In this document: piece by piece, positions 52,971 to 64,000 of the stretch
Numbering within the stretch: position 1 is the first letter of the stretch
Layout of the letters: every line of letters begins with the position of its first letter
Source of the DNA: Squalus acanthias
Lineage: Eukaryota
Assembly: GCA_030390025.1 (NCBI GenBank)
Contig: CM059426.1
Span: 1,116,001-1,180,000 of the forward strand
DNA: 64,000 bases
Reading direction: 5' to 3'
The notes under the pieces: generated by a model
What the model was told of the DNA's origin: nothing
The model's database searches: none
The model's input: only the letters and a program-made list of their open reading frames with translations
Position numbers and translations under genes: made by a program

Positions 52971-54700
52971 CTTGACAACTGAACACTGTTCAAGTAGCTT
53001 GTCTCTTCTGAGATTGCTTTCATGTCATGGCACATCCTCTGTGTATTATGGGCCTTCAGCCTTTCTCTCTTCGTTCATTATTGAAGTCAATGAAAAAGAA
53101 ATTCAGGGCGCGGTGTAAGACGGGTTCCCGATTCGCTATGAACGCGTTTTGCACGACTGGCATTTTCACCATCGTAGTGCCAGAGAAAAAACGAGAAAAA
53201 CTTGGGTTTGAAAGCTTGATAGCGGGGCAGCTGCGACGTGATGCTATAGAAGTTTATAAGATTGTTGATGTCACGAAAAACCTGAATCTGGCAAATTAAA
53301 CTAAATTGTGAGAGTAGGACCCAATTTAGGATCAAAGTAGTGAAAGATTTTTTAAGACCAATATCAGGAAGTTCTTCATAAAAGGAGCAATCAACATGGG
53401 GAATGGACTCCCGGATAGAGCAGTGGGGGGGGGGGGGGGAAATCCCTGGAATTATTTAAGAAACAATTAGATGAACAATGGGGGGAGGGGATATTGGATC
53501 ATACTGTATGGAAAAACTAAGATGGGCCTAATTAACTTGTGAAATGTAAATAAATGGAAAATAGTGTGGTAGTATCGAGAGACGGTAGGTAGTCACATCT
53601 CAGCCAAGATCAGCGTGTTGCTAAACGTTCATTGGGACTAAATGTGCTACTGTATATATTCACAGCCCATCTGTTTCACAGCAATAAGTGGCATAAGATG
53701 GATGAAGTAATCCAGACCACAGTCTTAAGTCAGGTTTTGGCTATCATTTTGACATCAGATGTGTGCAATGTCAGTTCATCCGTCGGTTCCGAGCATCTTT
53801 TATAAATCAGCCCACAGATGCTTTGGATTAAAATCAATAAAATTGTAAGTTCCCTCTTCAATTTGTCTGAAGAGTGAGGAATTTGCCAGTGGCTTCTAAA
53901 TGGCTGATGTAAACCATCAGCCGGACTGGGCGTACTGTAAAGACAGCTTTCTCAGAACTCATAGGAACTGGTGGAAAAAGTGAACATCCCATCAGAAATT
54001 TGACTCTTTATTGTCCATTTATCTGTGACAGGTTTTCCAAGCGCGTGACCTGGATTTTAATTGCTAGTTGGATTCCGGTGGGAAATCGCGCTGTCGAGTT
54101 AATTTCCCGCTTTCTCACGACCATCTGAAAAATATCAGCCAATGAATCACTAGTTTCCTCTTTTAATTCCTTGAGGATTCTAGGCCTCATATAAATCCTT
54201 CTGGCCGACTTCTCGCCTCCCGGAGGCCGCGCGGCGACACAGGGCAGGTGGTGGGATTGGGTTTCGGGGGCATATCTTTGGGGTCTCGTGTTTGTCAAGG
54301 AGTGGGTGTCTGGGGCATAGGAGGCCTAAGATTTCCCCGTGGGCCCTGGAGGAGCACTCCTGCTCACATATGAAAGAAAAGCACTTAACCTTTTCCGGCC
54401 TCTTCTGGGGCTGATGCTCTTCTGTCCCGAGTTGGCCTAGCGGGAAAGCCTCAGTGGATTCCCCGGTCAGGCCACAGTTAAAATGGCAGTCGGATCCCTT
54501 TGTTATCCTTGCGCCCTGCTCAGGAGAGGCAGGATTTGTTGGGGCGGTAAACAATCCAGGGCATTTTAACTGCCTAAACACCCAACAACAACAACAACTT
54601 CTATTTATATAGCGCCTTTAAGGTAGTAAAACGTCCCAAGGCGCTTCACAGGAGTATTATAAGACAAAAAATTTGACACCGAGCCACATAAGGAGAAATT

Positions 54701-57700
54701 CAGGTCGATGACCTTTCATCAGAACTGTGAAGAGCCGGAAATCAAATAGATTTAAGGCCAGAGTAAAGCTGGGAAAAGGGGGAGGGGATAAAAGAACAAA
54801 GGGGGAGATGAAGAGACATTAAGAGACATTAAGAGATATGCAAGGCTAGAGGTGGTGTAAATGTGACAGATTAAGGCTGAAAGAAGTGTGAAATCCACTG
54901 GCAGAATGAAGGACAGCTGCCAGCTTCTAGGAGGAAAAAAAAAGGTGGGGGGGGGGCAAATAAAAGGGTGGATTGATTTCAGTTTCCCTTCTCGTGTTTG
55001 ATCAGGTATCTTCCAAGACTCGGTTTCACAGCCACATTACTTTCCTCAGCAACTGTCTCCGGTTCCGACTTATCCCACGTGGATTCCAACTAAACTTCCA
55101 CCCTTCGTGTTTCGGATCAACCCAGGATTACAAATATCTCCAAGATATTCATCGTTCCTCGAACTACTGCTCTCGCCGCATCTTGAGATCCACGCTCAAC
55201 GCCATGCGGCGCCACATGAACACTCTCGACATCTCTCTTCAGCAGCACCGACGCACTCTATCTCAAAGCTGTCCGGGTCCACAGTTCCATTTCATCCTTA
55301 GACTCATCCGACGCTTCAACAAAAAACTTTTCTTCTTCCTGTCCGATGTCAAGGATCGCAAGCTTCAACAACTCTTGGACACTAATGCCCCTCCGGAACC
55401 TTCTTCCCCTTCACTTTCCTCTGACCCCCCTTCTCCCAATCTCACCCCCTGCCGCGTTTTCACTATCCCCTCTGACCTTCCCCTCTCTGACTCCGAACGA
55501 TCAGTCCTCAGCAAAGGCCTGACCTTCAACCCCTTACGCCCCCATCTCAATGAATTTCGAGCTCGGCACGATGCTGAGCTCTTTTTCCGCCGCCTCCGTC
55601 TCCGTGCCCACTTCTCTGGCCAGGAGTCTTCCCCCTGCACGGCTGACCCTTTCTCCCGCTTTCAGAATTCTCGTTCCACCTGGACCCCTCCCTCTGGCCT
55701 CTTACCCTCTCTAGATCTTTTCATTGCTAACTGCCGCCGTGACATCGGCCAGCTCAATTTCTCTGCTCCCCTCACTCACTCCAACCTACCTCCCTCTGAA
55801 CTTGCAGCACTCCATTCTCTCCGATCCAACCCTGACATTGTCATTAAACCTGCTGACAAGGGTGGCGCTGTTGTTGTTTGGCGAACCGACCTCTACCTAG
55901 CGGAAGTTGAACGCCAACTCTCTGACACCTCCTCCTACCTCCACCTGGACCATGACCCCACTACTGAACATCAAGCCACCGTGTCCAAGACCGTCACTGA
56001 CCTCATCTCCTCTGGAGATCTTCCCCCCACGGCTGCCAACCTCATAGTTCCCCAACCGCGCACAGCCCGCTTCTACCTCCTTCCCAAGATCCACAAACAG
56101 GACTGCCCCGGTAGACCCATCGTTTCAGCCTGTTCTTGCCCCATGGAACTTATCTCTTCCTATCTCGACTCTATTTTTTCTCCCCTTGTCCAGTCTCTTC
56201 CCACCTACATCCGCGACTCTTCCGATGCCCTCCGCCATTTTAACAGTTTCCAGTTTCCCGGCCCCAACCGTCTCCTCTTCACTATGGACGTACAATCCCT
56301 CTACACCTCCATTCCCCACCAGGATGGCCTGAGGGCGCTCCGCTTCTTCCTTGAACAGAGGCCCAACCAGTCCCCATCCACCACCACCCTCCTCCGCCTG
56401 GCTGAACTTGTTCTCACATTGAACAACTTCTCCTTTGACTCTACCCATTTCCTCCAAATTAAAGGTGTTGCTATGGGTACCCGCATGGGTCCTAGCTATG
56501 CCTGCCTTTTCGTGGGATATGTGGAACACTCTTTGTTCCAGTCCTACTCGGGTCCCCTCCCTCACCTCTTTTTCTGGTACATTGATGACTGTATCGGTGC
56601 CGTCTCCTGCTCTCGCCCTGAACTAGAACATTTCATTCACTATGCTTCCAATTTCCACCCTTCCCTCACCTTCACATGGTCCATCTCCGACTCTTCCCTT
56701 CCCTTCCTCGACTTCTCCATCTCCATCTCTGGGGATAGGTTATTGACTAACATTCACTACAAGCCCACTGACTCCCACAGCTACCTGGACTACACTTCCT
56801 CCCACCCTGCCTCCTGTAAGGACTCTATTCCATTCTCCCAGTTTCTCCGTCTCCGCCGCATCTGCTCTGATGATGCCACCTTCCATACCAGTGCTTCCGA
56901 CATGTCTTCCTTTTTCCTCAACCGAGGATTCCCCTCTACCGTGGTCGACACGGCCCTCGACCGTGTCCGTTCTATCTCCCGCACTTCTGCCCTCACCCCT
57001 GCCCCTCCCTCCCGGAACCACGATAGGGTTCCCCTTGTCCTCACCTTTCACCCCACCAGCCTCCACATTCAACGGATCATCCTCCGCCATTTCCGCCACC
57101 TCCAGCGTGATCCCACCACCAAACACATCTTCCCCTCACCTCCCCTTTCAGCATTCCGCAGGGACCGCTCCCTCCGCGACACCCTAGTCCACTCCTCTAC
57201 CACCCCCAGCACCCCTTCCCCTTCGCCCGGCACCTTCCCGTGCACGCGCAGGAGATGCTACACATGCCCTTACACCTCCCCTCTTCCCACTGTCCAGGGC
57301 CCCAAACACCCCTTCCAGGTGAAACAGCGATTTACTTGTACTTCCTGCAATTTAGTATACTGTATTCGCTGCTCACGATGTGGTCTCCTCTACATTGGGG
57401 AGACCAAACGCAGATTGGGTGACCGCTTTGCGGAACACCTCCATTCAGTCCGTAAGGGGGACCCCGAGCTCCCGGTGGCCTGTCACTTTAATTCACCGCT
57501 TCACTCCCACTCTGACCTCACCGTCCTCGGCCTATTACACTGTTCCACGGAAGCGCAGCGTAAGCTCGAGGAACAGCACTTCATCTTTCGTTTAGGCACG
57601 CTACAGCCCTCTGGACTCAATATCGAGTTCAACAATTTTAGATCATAACCTCAGCTCCAATCACATTTATATTTTATTTTTTCCACCCTTTTATTTGCCC

Positions 57701-57701
57701 C
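54701..57701. mobile_element. Penelope-like retroelement with inverted structure, inserted into an L2-tail repeat
   Basis: Host repeat is split as ..ataaggagaaatt | gggcaggtggccaaaagc..; 54701-54972 is the antisense 3' tail and 54973-57701 the sense body. Confidence 0.92.
54973..57648 (+). CDS. Penelope-like reverse transcriptase + GIY-YIG endonuclease, uninterrupted 891 codons, 5' end probably truncated
   Basis: IKPADKGGAVVV, FYLLPKIHK, TMDVQSLYTSIP, GVAMGTRMGPSYA, YIDD, Cys-rich linker CTRRRCYTC and VYCIRCSRCGLLYIGET..RFAEH. Confidence 0.93.
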   Translation: MISVSLLVFDQVSSKTRFHSHITFLSNCLRFRLIPRGFQLNFHPSCFGSTQDYKYLQDIHRSSNYCSRRILRSTLNAMRRHMNTLDISLQQHRRTLSQSCPGPQFHFILRLIRRFNKKLFFFLSDVKDRKLQQLLDTNAPPEPSSPSLSSDPPSPNLTPCRVFTIPSDLPLSDSERSVLSKGLTFNPLRPHLNEFRARHDAELFFRRLRLRAHFSGQESSPCTADPFSRFQNSRSTWTPPSGLLPSLDLFIANCRRDIGQLNFSAPLTHSNLPPSELAALHSLRSNPDIVIKPADKGGAVVVWRTDLYLAEVERQLSDTSSYLHLDHDPTTEHQATVSKTVTDLISSGDLPPTAANLIVPQPRTARFYLLPKIHKQDCPGRPIVSACSCPMELISSYLDSIFSPLVQSLPTYIRDSSDALRHFNSFQFPGPNRLLFTMDVQSLYTSIPHQDGLRALRFFLEQRPNQSPSTTTLLRLAELVLTLNNFSFDSTHFLQIKGVAMGTRMGPSYACLFVGYVEHSLFQSYSGPLPHLFFWYIDDCIGAVSCSRPELEHFIHYASNFHPSLTFTWSISDSSLPFLDFSISISGDRLLTNIHYKPTDSHSYLDYTSSHPASCKDSIPFSQFLRLRRICSDDATFHTSASDMSSFFLNRGFPSTVVDTALDRVRSISRTSALTPAPPSRNHDRVPLVLTFHPTSLHIQRIILRHFRHLQRDPTTKHIFPSPPLSAFRRDRSLRDTLVHSSTTPSTPSPSPGTFPCTRRRCYTCPYTSPLPTVQGPKHPFQVKQRFTCTSCNLVYCIRCSRCGLLYIGETKRRLGDRFAEHLHSVRKGDPELPVACHFNSPLHSHSDLTVLGLLHCSTEAQRKLEEQHFIFRLGTLQPSGLNIEFNNFRS

Positions 57702-59644
57702 TGGGCAGGTGGCCAAAAGCTTGGTCAAAGAGGTAGGTTTTAAGGAGCGTCTTAAAGGAGAGGTAGCGAGGCGGAGAGGTTTAGGCAGGGAATTCCGGAG
57801 CTTAGGGCCTAGGCAACAGCAGGCACGGCCACCAATGGTGGAGCGATTATAATCAGGGATGCTCAAGAGGGCAGAATTTTCTGGTTTCCACAGGGCGGGT
57901 CGGGTTAAAATTACTCTCAGCCTTTAGATCCTTACCTCTGGGTTATGTTTAAATCAGAGTTTCTATTACATGAGCATGATATGTTGGAATTTTGTAGTGG
58001 TATGTATGATAACACCATGATGGATCAATTCATTGATACTTCAAGCCATCGAGTGATAGGATTCAGATTTTTTCTACTTGGTGAACTGCTATCTTAGTTG
58101 AGGCCCTTAACGGAGGTTGAAGAGAAAGAGAATGGGTAAATCTGTGGATTGACTTCAATGGTGCATTAAGCAGGCGTCCGACCCAAACCCACCTGGTGGA
58201 TTTGATTAACATCAGGACTTTATTGACCATCCTGCAGGTGAGATGTAATATAACAGTCCTAACTGCGAAAAAGATTCTTGATTTTCAATATCATGGAGAC
58301 ATTTTGTTATTTTCCACGAGTCCCTCTTATGAAGAAAATTTGACTCTAATGTATTTCCAGTCAGGGATTTGTGGAAAATTCTTTGACTGACACATGAAAG
58401 AAAAATTTCCGCAAGTCTACAACGATTTCTTTATAAATTTTCCCCGTGTCATTTTTGGAATCCTCAACCATAATACACAGACAAATCAGAGACTTGTACG
58501 AAAATCATTTAGAACTGTTGTGACAATCTTCTACATTATCCATAAAGAGTACAGGCTGTGAAGAGAATCAGGGAAAAGCAATGATTATACTGGAAGACTT
58601 TGATGAATCCGACACTGAAATCTATGAGAGTACCTATAAAGTATGTTGCTGTATTAGCAAACCTTAGAAGTTTATGGGACTTGAAGTGAACTATTTACTA
58701 AAATGTTGACGTGTTCTGGTGGATGCTTTGAAGAGAAAGTTGAGATGAAAGAAATTTTAATGGGGTTTAAAGCAAAAAAAAAGTGTCTGACACAATCTCC
58801 TAAATAGGTATTGTTAGTTTTAATGGTGTCAAGCAAGGATCATGCTACATCACAAGAATACATGAGCACCAAGAATGGTCTTCTGAGTAAAGTGGTGGAA
58901 GTAAAAGCTCTGGATCCATTCAAAAGTCAGTGAAGTGCTGCATCTTACAAGTCAATACGGAAACTGGCAGAAATGCTGGAGACCCCACAGAACCAGGTCT
59001 CCACCATTTGCTTGGCAGTTCCTCCGATTGATCTCCTGTCAAAGTTGTGACAGGGGCCCATGGAATTTTAGGGCCTAGCTTTTTAAGTTTCAGTTCATAG
59101 GAGGTATGGGCCTACCTAGGGAAACCACCTTGTGATGAGTATGAATAGAGTGTTGGGAGAAAGCCCGAACCATAAAAGTATTATGTTGAAGAAATAGCAA
59201 ACATAATAGCAAATGTACTCAAATTATCACAAGTTCACATCAGATGTCACAAAGTAGGAAATTCCACTCATTGGAAATAGGGCCAAGTAATCCATAACAC
59301 ACATAGAAAGAATTAGGAAAGAATGTGTTATGCAGAAACTGGAAGGATTAAATATCCAAAAAGATCTCAGCCAGATGGAATATATCCTGGAATCCTCAAA
59401 GAATTAAAGGAGGAAACTAATGATTCATTGGCTGATGTTTTTCAGATGGTTCTTGATGGGTTGAGATGTAGTAGGTGAATTTTAATATCGATAGTGTAAG
59501 ATATTGCAAATCGAAACAGACTACAGTAACCATATTTAGAACATGACAGGGTCCTATTTTGCAGTGGGTCAAGCACACCCAGTCCCCCAGATCACATGAC
59601 TCCCAAAGAAGGTGGATTATTTGGGATCAATTGGCATATTCTAA

Positions 59645-61915
59645 CGTGATTGAGTTTTTTGATGAGGTAACAGAGAGGGTGGATGAGGACAGTGCGGTTG
59701 ATGTTGTGTATTTGGACTTTCAAAAGGCGTTTGATAAAGTACCGCATATTAGGCTTGTTAGTAAAATTGAAGCCTGGGATAAAAGGGGCAGTAGCAGCAA
59801 GGATACAAATTGGCTAAGTTGTGGTGAATGGCTGTTTTTCAGACTGGAGGGAGGTATACAGTGGAGCTCTCCAAGGTTCAGTACTAGGACCACTGCTGTT
59901 TTTGATATATATTAATGGCTTGAACTTGGGGGTACAGGGCTCAATTTCAAAATTTGCAGATGACATAAAACTTGGAAATGTAGTAAACAGTGAGGAGGAG
60001 AGTGATAGACTTCAAGAGGACGTAGACAGGCTGGTGGAATGGGTGGACACATGACAGATGAAACTCAACACAGAAAAGTGTGAGGTAATACATTTTGGTA
60101 GGAAGAATGAGGTGAGATAATACATGCTAAATGGTTCAGTTTTAAATGGGCTGCAAGAAGGGAGAGAACTGGGGGTATTTATGCACAAATCTTTGAAGGT
60201 TGCAGGACAGGTTAACAAAGCAGTTAATAAAGCATATGGGATCCTGGACTTTATAAATAGAGGCATAGGGCTGGACTTTACCAACCTCGGCGGGTCCATG
60301 GCGGGCGACGTCGGTGGCGGGTCCTGGCCGCGCTGCTGGCTCCAGCCCACTGTGCAGAATGATTTTCCTCTGATTGGGCTTGTTAAGCCCGCCCAGCACG
60401 TTCGTCGGTCAATTGAAGGAAGTGGGTCTGATGACGTCATTTGATGACACGTCATCAGCCAGTTTCCTTAAAGGTACCATGTGCAAATTGATTTCGACAG
60501 TTGTGATGTCAGAGTTCTACAGCATTGAGGTGCTGCAAACACTGACAAGCACTGCACAAAAGTGCACGGCTGCACCCAGGCTCTCCCATGACTCCCTCCA
60601 TATGCTTATGGAGGGAGTCATAGCACGCAGGGAGGTTCTCTTCCCTTCCAATGGGCGGAAGAGACCTCCCCAGGAGATAACGCAGCCTGGTTGCACATTG
60701 CACAGGAGGGCACAAGCAGGGATATCGTCAGGAGGACCAGGCTGAGGCCATCCCTGGTCTCCCGGGCAGCAATTTTAGAAGAATGAGAGGGGATCTTATT
60801 GAAACATATAAGATTCTGAAGGGGCTTGACAGGGTAGATGCAGAGAGGATGTTTCCACTCGTGGGGAATCAAGAACGAGGGGGCATAATTTCATCATAAG
60901 GGGGCACCCTTTTAAAACAGAAATGAGGAGGAATTTCTTCTCTCAAAGGGTCATGAATCTTTGGAATTCTCTTCCCCAGAGAGCTGTGAAGGCTGGGTCA
61001 TTGAATATATTTAAGGTGGCGATAGACAGATTTTTGAATAGTAAGGGAGTCAAGGGTTATGGGGAGCCGGCAGGGAAGTGGAGTTGAGGCCAAGACCAGA
61101 TCAGCCATGATCTTGTTGAATGGCGGAGCAGGCTCGAGGGGCCAAATTATCTACTCCTGCTCCTACGTCTTATGTTCTTATGGGTGCTGATGTCCTGTGT
61201 CCTGTGCAGCATCAGTTGATTGCGGAGAAGGTTGGTGTTGTTGTTGGTGATGCTGGTGCTGCTGGTGTTGGGACTGATCGTAGTAGGATTCTGAGGACCA
61301 AGGTCAGATAGTTTCAAGGGCACTGATGCTGATGGAATAGATGGCAGGTGAAGTAGAGATGACAGAAGCGATCTGTCAATGGTGGGAGAGGTAATGAGGT
61401 CAGACTGGATGGAGACTTGTGTAAAGACTTGCAGCATCTTGAATCTGTAGTGGAAATGCAGTTTAGAGAAGCTAGTGGCTAAGGGAAGATATCGGAATCA
61501 TCTGGGAGCTTTGACTTCACATTTGAAGCTGTCAACTCATCAGCTGATTCAATGGCCAATGACCTCCCGCCTCAGCTTCACAGACGAGGTCTAGGCACAG
61601 CGGGAAACCGGTGGGCGACCTGTCAAATCCAAAAAGCTGGGAAAAAAGCATTGTTAAGTGGCTGTAAATAAGCTACTAATGATTTCAATTGCCTCCCCCG
61701 CCACTGCGTGTCGGGTCTGCTCAGCGCTGGCAGACCCGACATTTGGTAAAGGCACGTGGTGGCAGGTCCCGACCCGCTGTCAAAAAAAACCACTTTCCCA
61801 CCTGACCCACTACCGATCGCGCCCACTGACTCCCCGGAATATTCCCCCCATAGAGTACAAAAACCAGGAAGTTATGCTAAACCTATATAGTTCAGCTCCA
61901 ACTGGAGTATTGGTC
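59645..61915 (+). mobile_element. CR1 fragment split by a Harbinger element
   Basis: [28 protein letters not shown]; text aggcata|..|atagagtacaaaa rejoins across the insertion. Confidence 0.85.
60268..61849. mobile_element. Non-autonomous Harbinger element (family D) with a nested CR1 tail at ~60774-61160
   Basis: Ends GGGCTGGACTTTACC / GGAATATTCCCCCC, TSD ATA; colinear with 40676-44167. Confidence 0.85.
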
Positions 61916-62557
61916 TGAATTTTCATGGAGAAGGCGGGTTGGGGGCTGGTTGGGCTCCAATGAGGGCGGGAAACCCAGGTAAGCGGGTTATCCAATCTTT
62001 CTTTTGTTCTCTTTATTTCTCTTTCTGTACCTGATTTGATATTGAATTCACCCACTCTAAATTACATCTCCTTGTTCAGACCTTGCGCTGTTAATTTCAC
62101 AATCCTTCAATCTGATTGGTTAAGGAAATACACAGTTGCTTGCCCTGTTCACTCAGATCCCAGATGCCCCGTAGAGGGTGCTGTGCCATTTCCACCTCGC
62201 ACTTCCAGCACTTGCAGAGCAAAATATCATGGAGATTAAAGTCTAACTAATGGCAGGCGCTGTTCGTTGACAGATTATGGGAATATTTGGGCAGTTAACA
62301 AACTTCAGGCTTCTAGGTAGTTTTTACAATATCTCCTTTTTTTCCATTCATCTCAGGAAGGCAGTGAATATTGCCAAGCCACGATGCCATGAGCACTGAC
62401 AACCCTCTGGTACCATCTTCAAGTGACCATTCTGCATATGTGGGCTCACACAGCAAGCGCCGGCATCCTGTTCACTCGTGGAGGCTGACCCCAACATCTG
62501 CGCACGTGCTTTTCAGTAGGTGTTGCTGGATAGCAATCAGAAGCAGAAACACTATCT

Positions 62558-62935
62558 GAAACATACAAGATTCTGAAGGGGATTGACAGGGTAGATGCTG
62601 AGAGGTTGTTTCCCCTGGCTGGAGTGTCTAGAACTAGGGGGCATAGTCTCAGGATAAGGGGTAGGCCATTTAAGACTGAGATGAGGAGGAATTTCTTCAC
62701 TCAGAGGTTTGTGAATCTTTGGAATTCTCTGCCCCAGAGGGCTGTGCATGCTGAGTCTTTGAGTCTCTTCAAGGCTGAGATAGATAGATTTTTGGACTCT
62801 AGGGGAATTAAGGGATATGGAGATTGGGTGCGAAAGTGGAGTTGAGGTCGATGATCAGCCATGATCTTATTGAATGACGGAGCAGACTCGAGGGGTCGGA
62901 TGGCCTACTCCTGCTCTTATTTCATATGTTCTTAT
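62558..62935 (+). mobile_element. CR1 3' end
   Basis: Translation FPLAGVSRTRGHSLRIRG..FFTQRFVNLWNSLP; tatgttct tail. Confidence 0.9.
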
Positions 62936-63219
62936 GAACCAAGCTTTAATCAACTAATTTAACACAAACAACGGATTAAGCATGTGTATCTCCTAATCTC
63001 CATGGTTTAGTGTTGCACCAGGTGCATTTAAACCATAAAGGGAGTTATATACCATATAATCAAATGATGGCTCTAAGGTCAGGCAAGGAAACTGCTACTG
63101 GTTTAAGTGTCAGTGCTGATTTTTAACCAGCCACCAGCAGGTGTATGAGAGGACATACAAGGGGCTTCTAATTTCTCCTCCTTCCAAGTAGAGGAATTGA
63201 AAGGATAACTCTGTACGCT

Positions 63220-63545
63220 AAAGAAAGAAAAGACTTGCATTTATTGAGTGCTTTGCACAAACTCAGGACGTCCCAAAGCGCTTTACAGCCAATGAAGTAC
63301 TTTTGAAGTGTAGTCACTGTTGTAATGTGGGGAAAAGCAACAGCCAATTTGCACAAAGCAAGGACCCACAAACCGTCATGAGATTATGACCAGATCATTT
63401 GTTTTTGGTGATTGTTAGTTGAGGAATAAATGTTAGACAGGACAACTCACCTTGCACTGCTTTTACATCCGCCGGAGAGGTGGATAGAGCCTGAGTTTAA
63501 CAGCTCATCTGAAACAGTACTGCACTCAAGTATCAGCCTAGACAC
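63220..63545 (-). mobile_element. Deu-domain SINE fragment
   Basis: aaagacttgcattt..gaagtgtagtcactgttgtaatg matches the sequence at 52515-52700. Confidence 0.8.
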
Positions 63546-63549
63546 TAGT

Positions 63550-63990
63550 ACAGGAGTGTGTCAATATTTCAAGGGAGTCCCCAGGAGTGTGTCAATATTT
63601 CAAGGGAGTCCCCAGGAGTGTGTCAATATCTCAAGGGAGTCCGCAGGAGTGTGTCAATATTTCAAGGGGATCCCTAGGAGTGTATCAATATTTCAAGGGA
63701 GTCCCCAGGAGTGTATCAATATTTCAAGGGAGTCCCCAGGAGTGTGTCAATATTTCAAGGGGATCCTAGGAGTATGTCAATATTTCAAGGGGATCCCGAG
63801 GAGTGTATCAATATTTCAAGGGAGTCCCCAGGAGTGTATCAATATTTCAAGGGAGTCCCCAGGAGTGTGTCAATATTTCAAGGGGGTCTCCAGGAGTATG
63901 TCAATATTTTAAGGGGATCCCCAGGAGTGTGTCAATATTTCAAGGGGATCCCCAGAAATATGTCAATAATTCAAGGGGGTCCCCTGGAGT
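63550..63990. repeat. ~31-bp minisatellite, ~14 units
   Basis: Unit ccaggagtgtgtcaatatttcaagggagtcc. Confidence 0.92.
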
Positions 63991-64000
63991 CATAGATAGA

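Noticed and set aside
58000-58645. Possible exons (also 17395-17920 and 28765-28930)
   Set aside because: Stops occur in all frames after the plausible acceptors, or the acceptors are weak; the evidence is insufficient.

Overview
Repeat-dominated vertebrate genomic DNA. The repeat repertoire (CR1, L2, RTE, Penelope-like elements, Deu-domain SINEs, Harbinger elements) points to a cartilaginous fish, but this is an inference. No host protein-coding gene could be identified with confidence, and most ORFs in the track are LINE fragments, antisense shadows or tandem-repeat translations. Main contents: (1) one uninterrupted 891-codon Penelope-like RT + GIY-YIG ORF whose 3' tail is inverted and ends inside a hammerhead ribozyme core; (2) three further Penelope-derived inverted or fold-back insertions that carry hammerhead motifs, two of them near-perfect DNA hairpins with target-site duplications (TSDs); (3) several decayed PIF/Harbinger elements with a convergent transposase and a spliced Myb/SANT gene, plus many MITE derivatives with 3-bp TSDs; (4) an RTE LINE flanked by a ~565-bp direct duplication; (5) many CR1/L2 fragments and SINEs, four minisatellites and a probable solo LTR. 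Coordinates were read by eye and may be off by a few bases.
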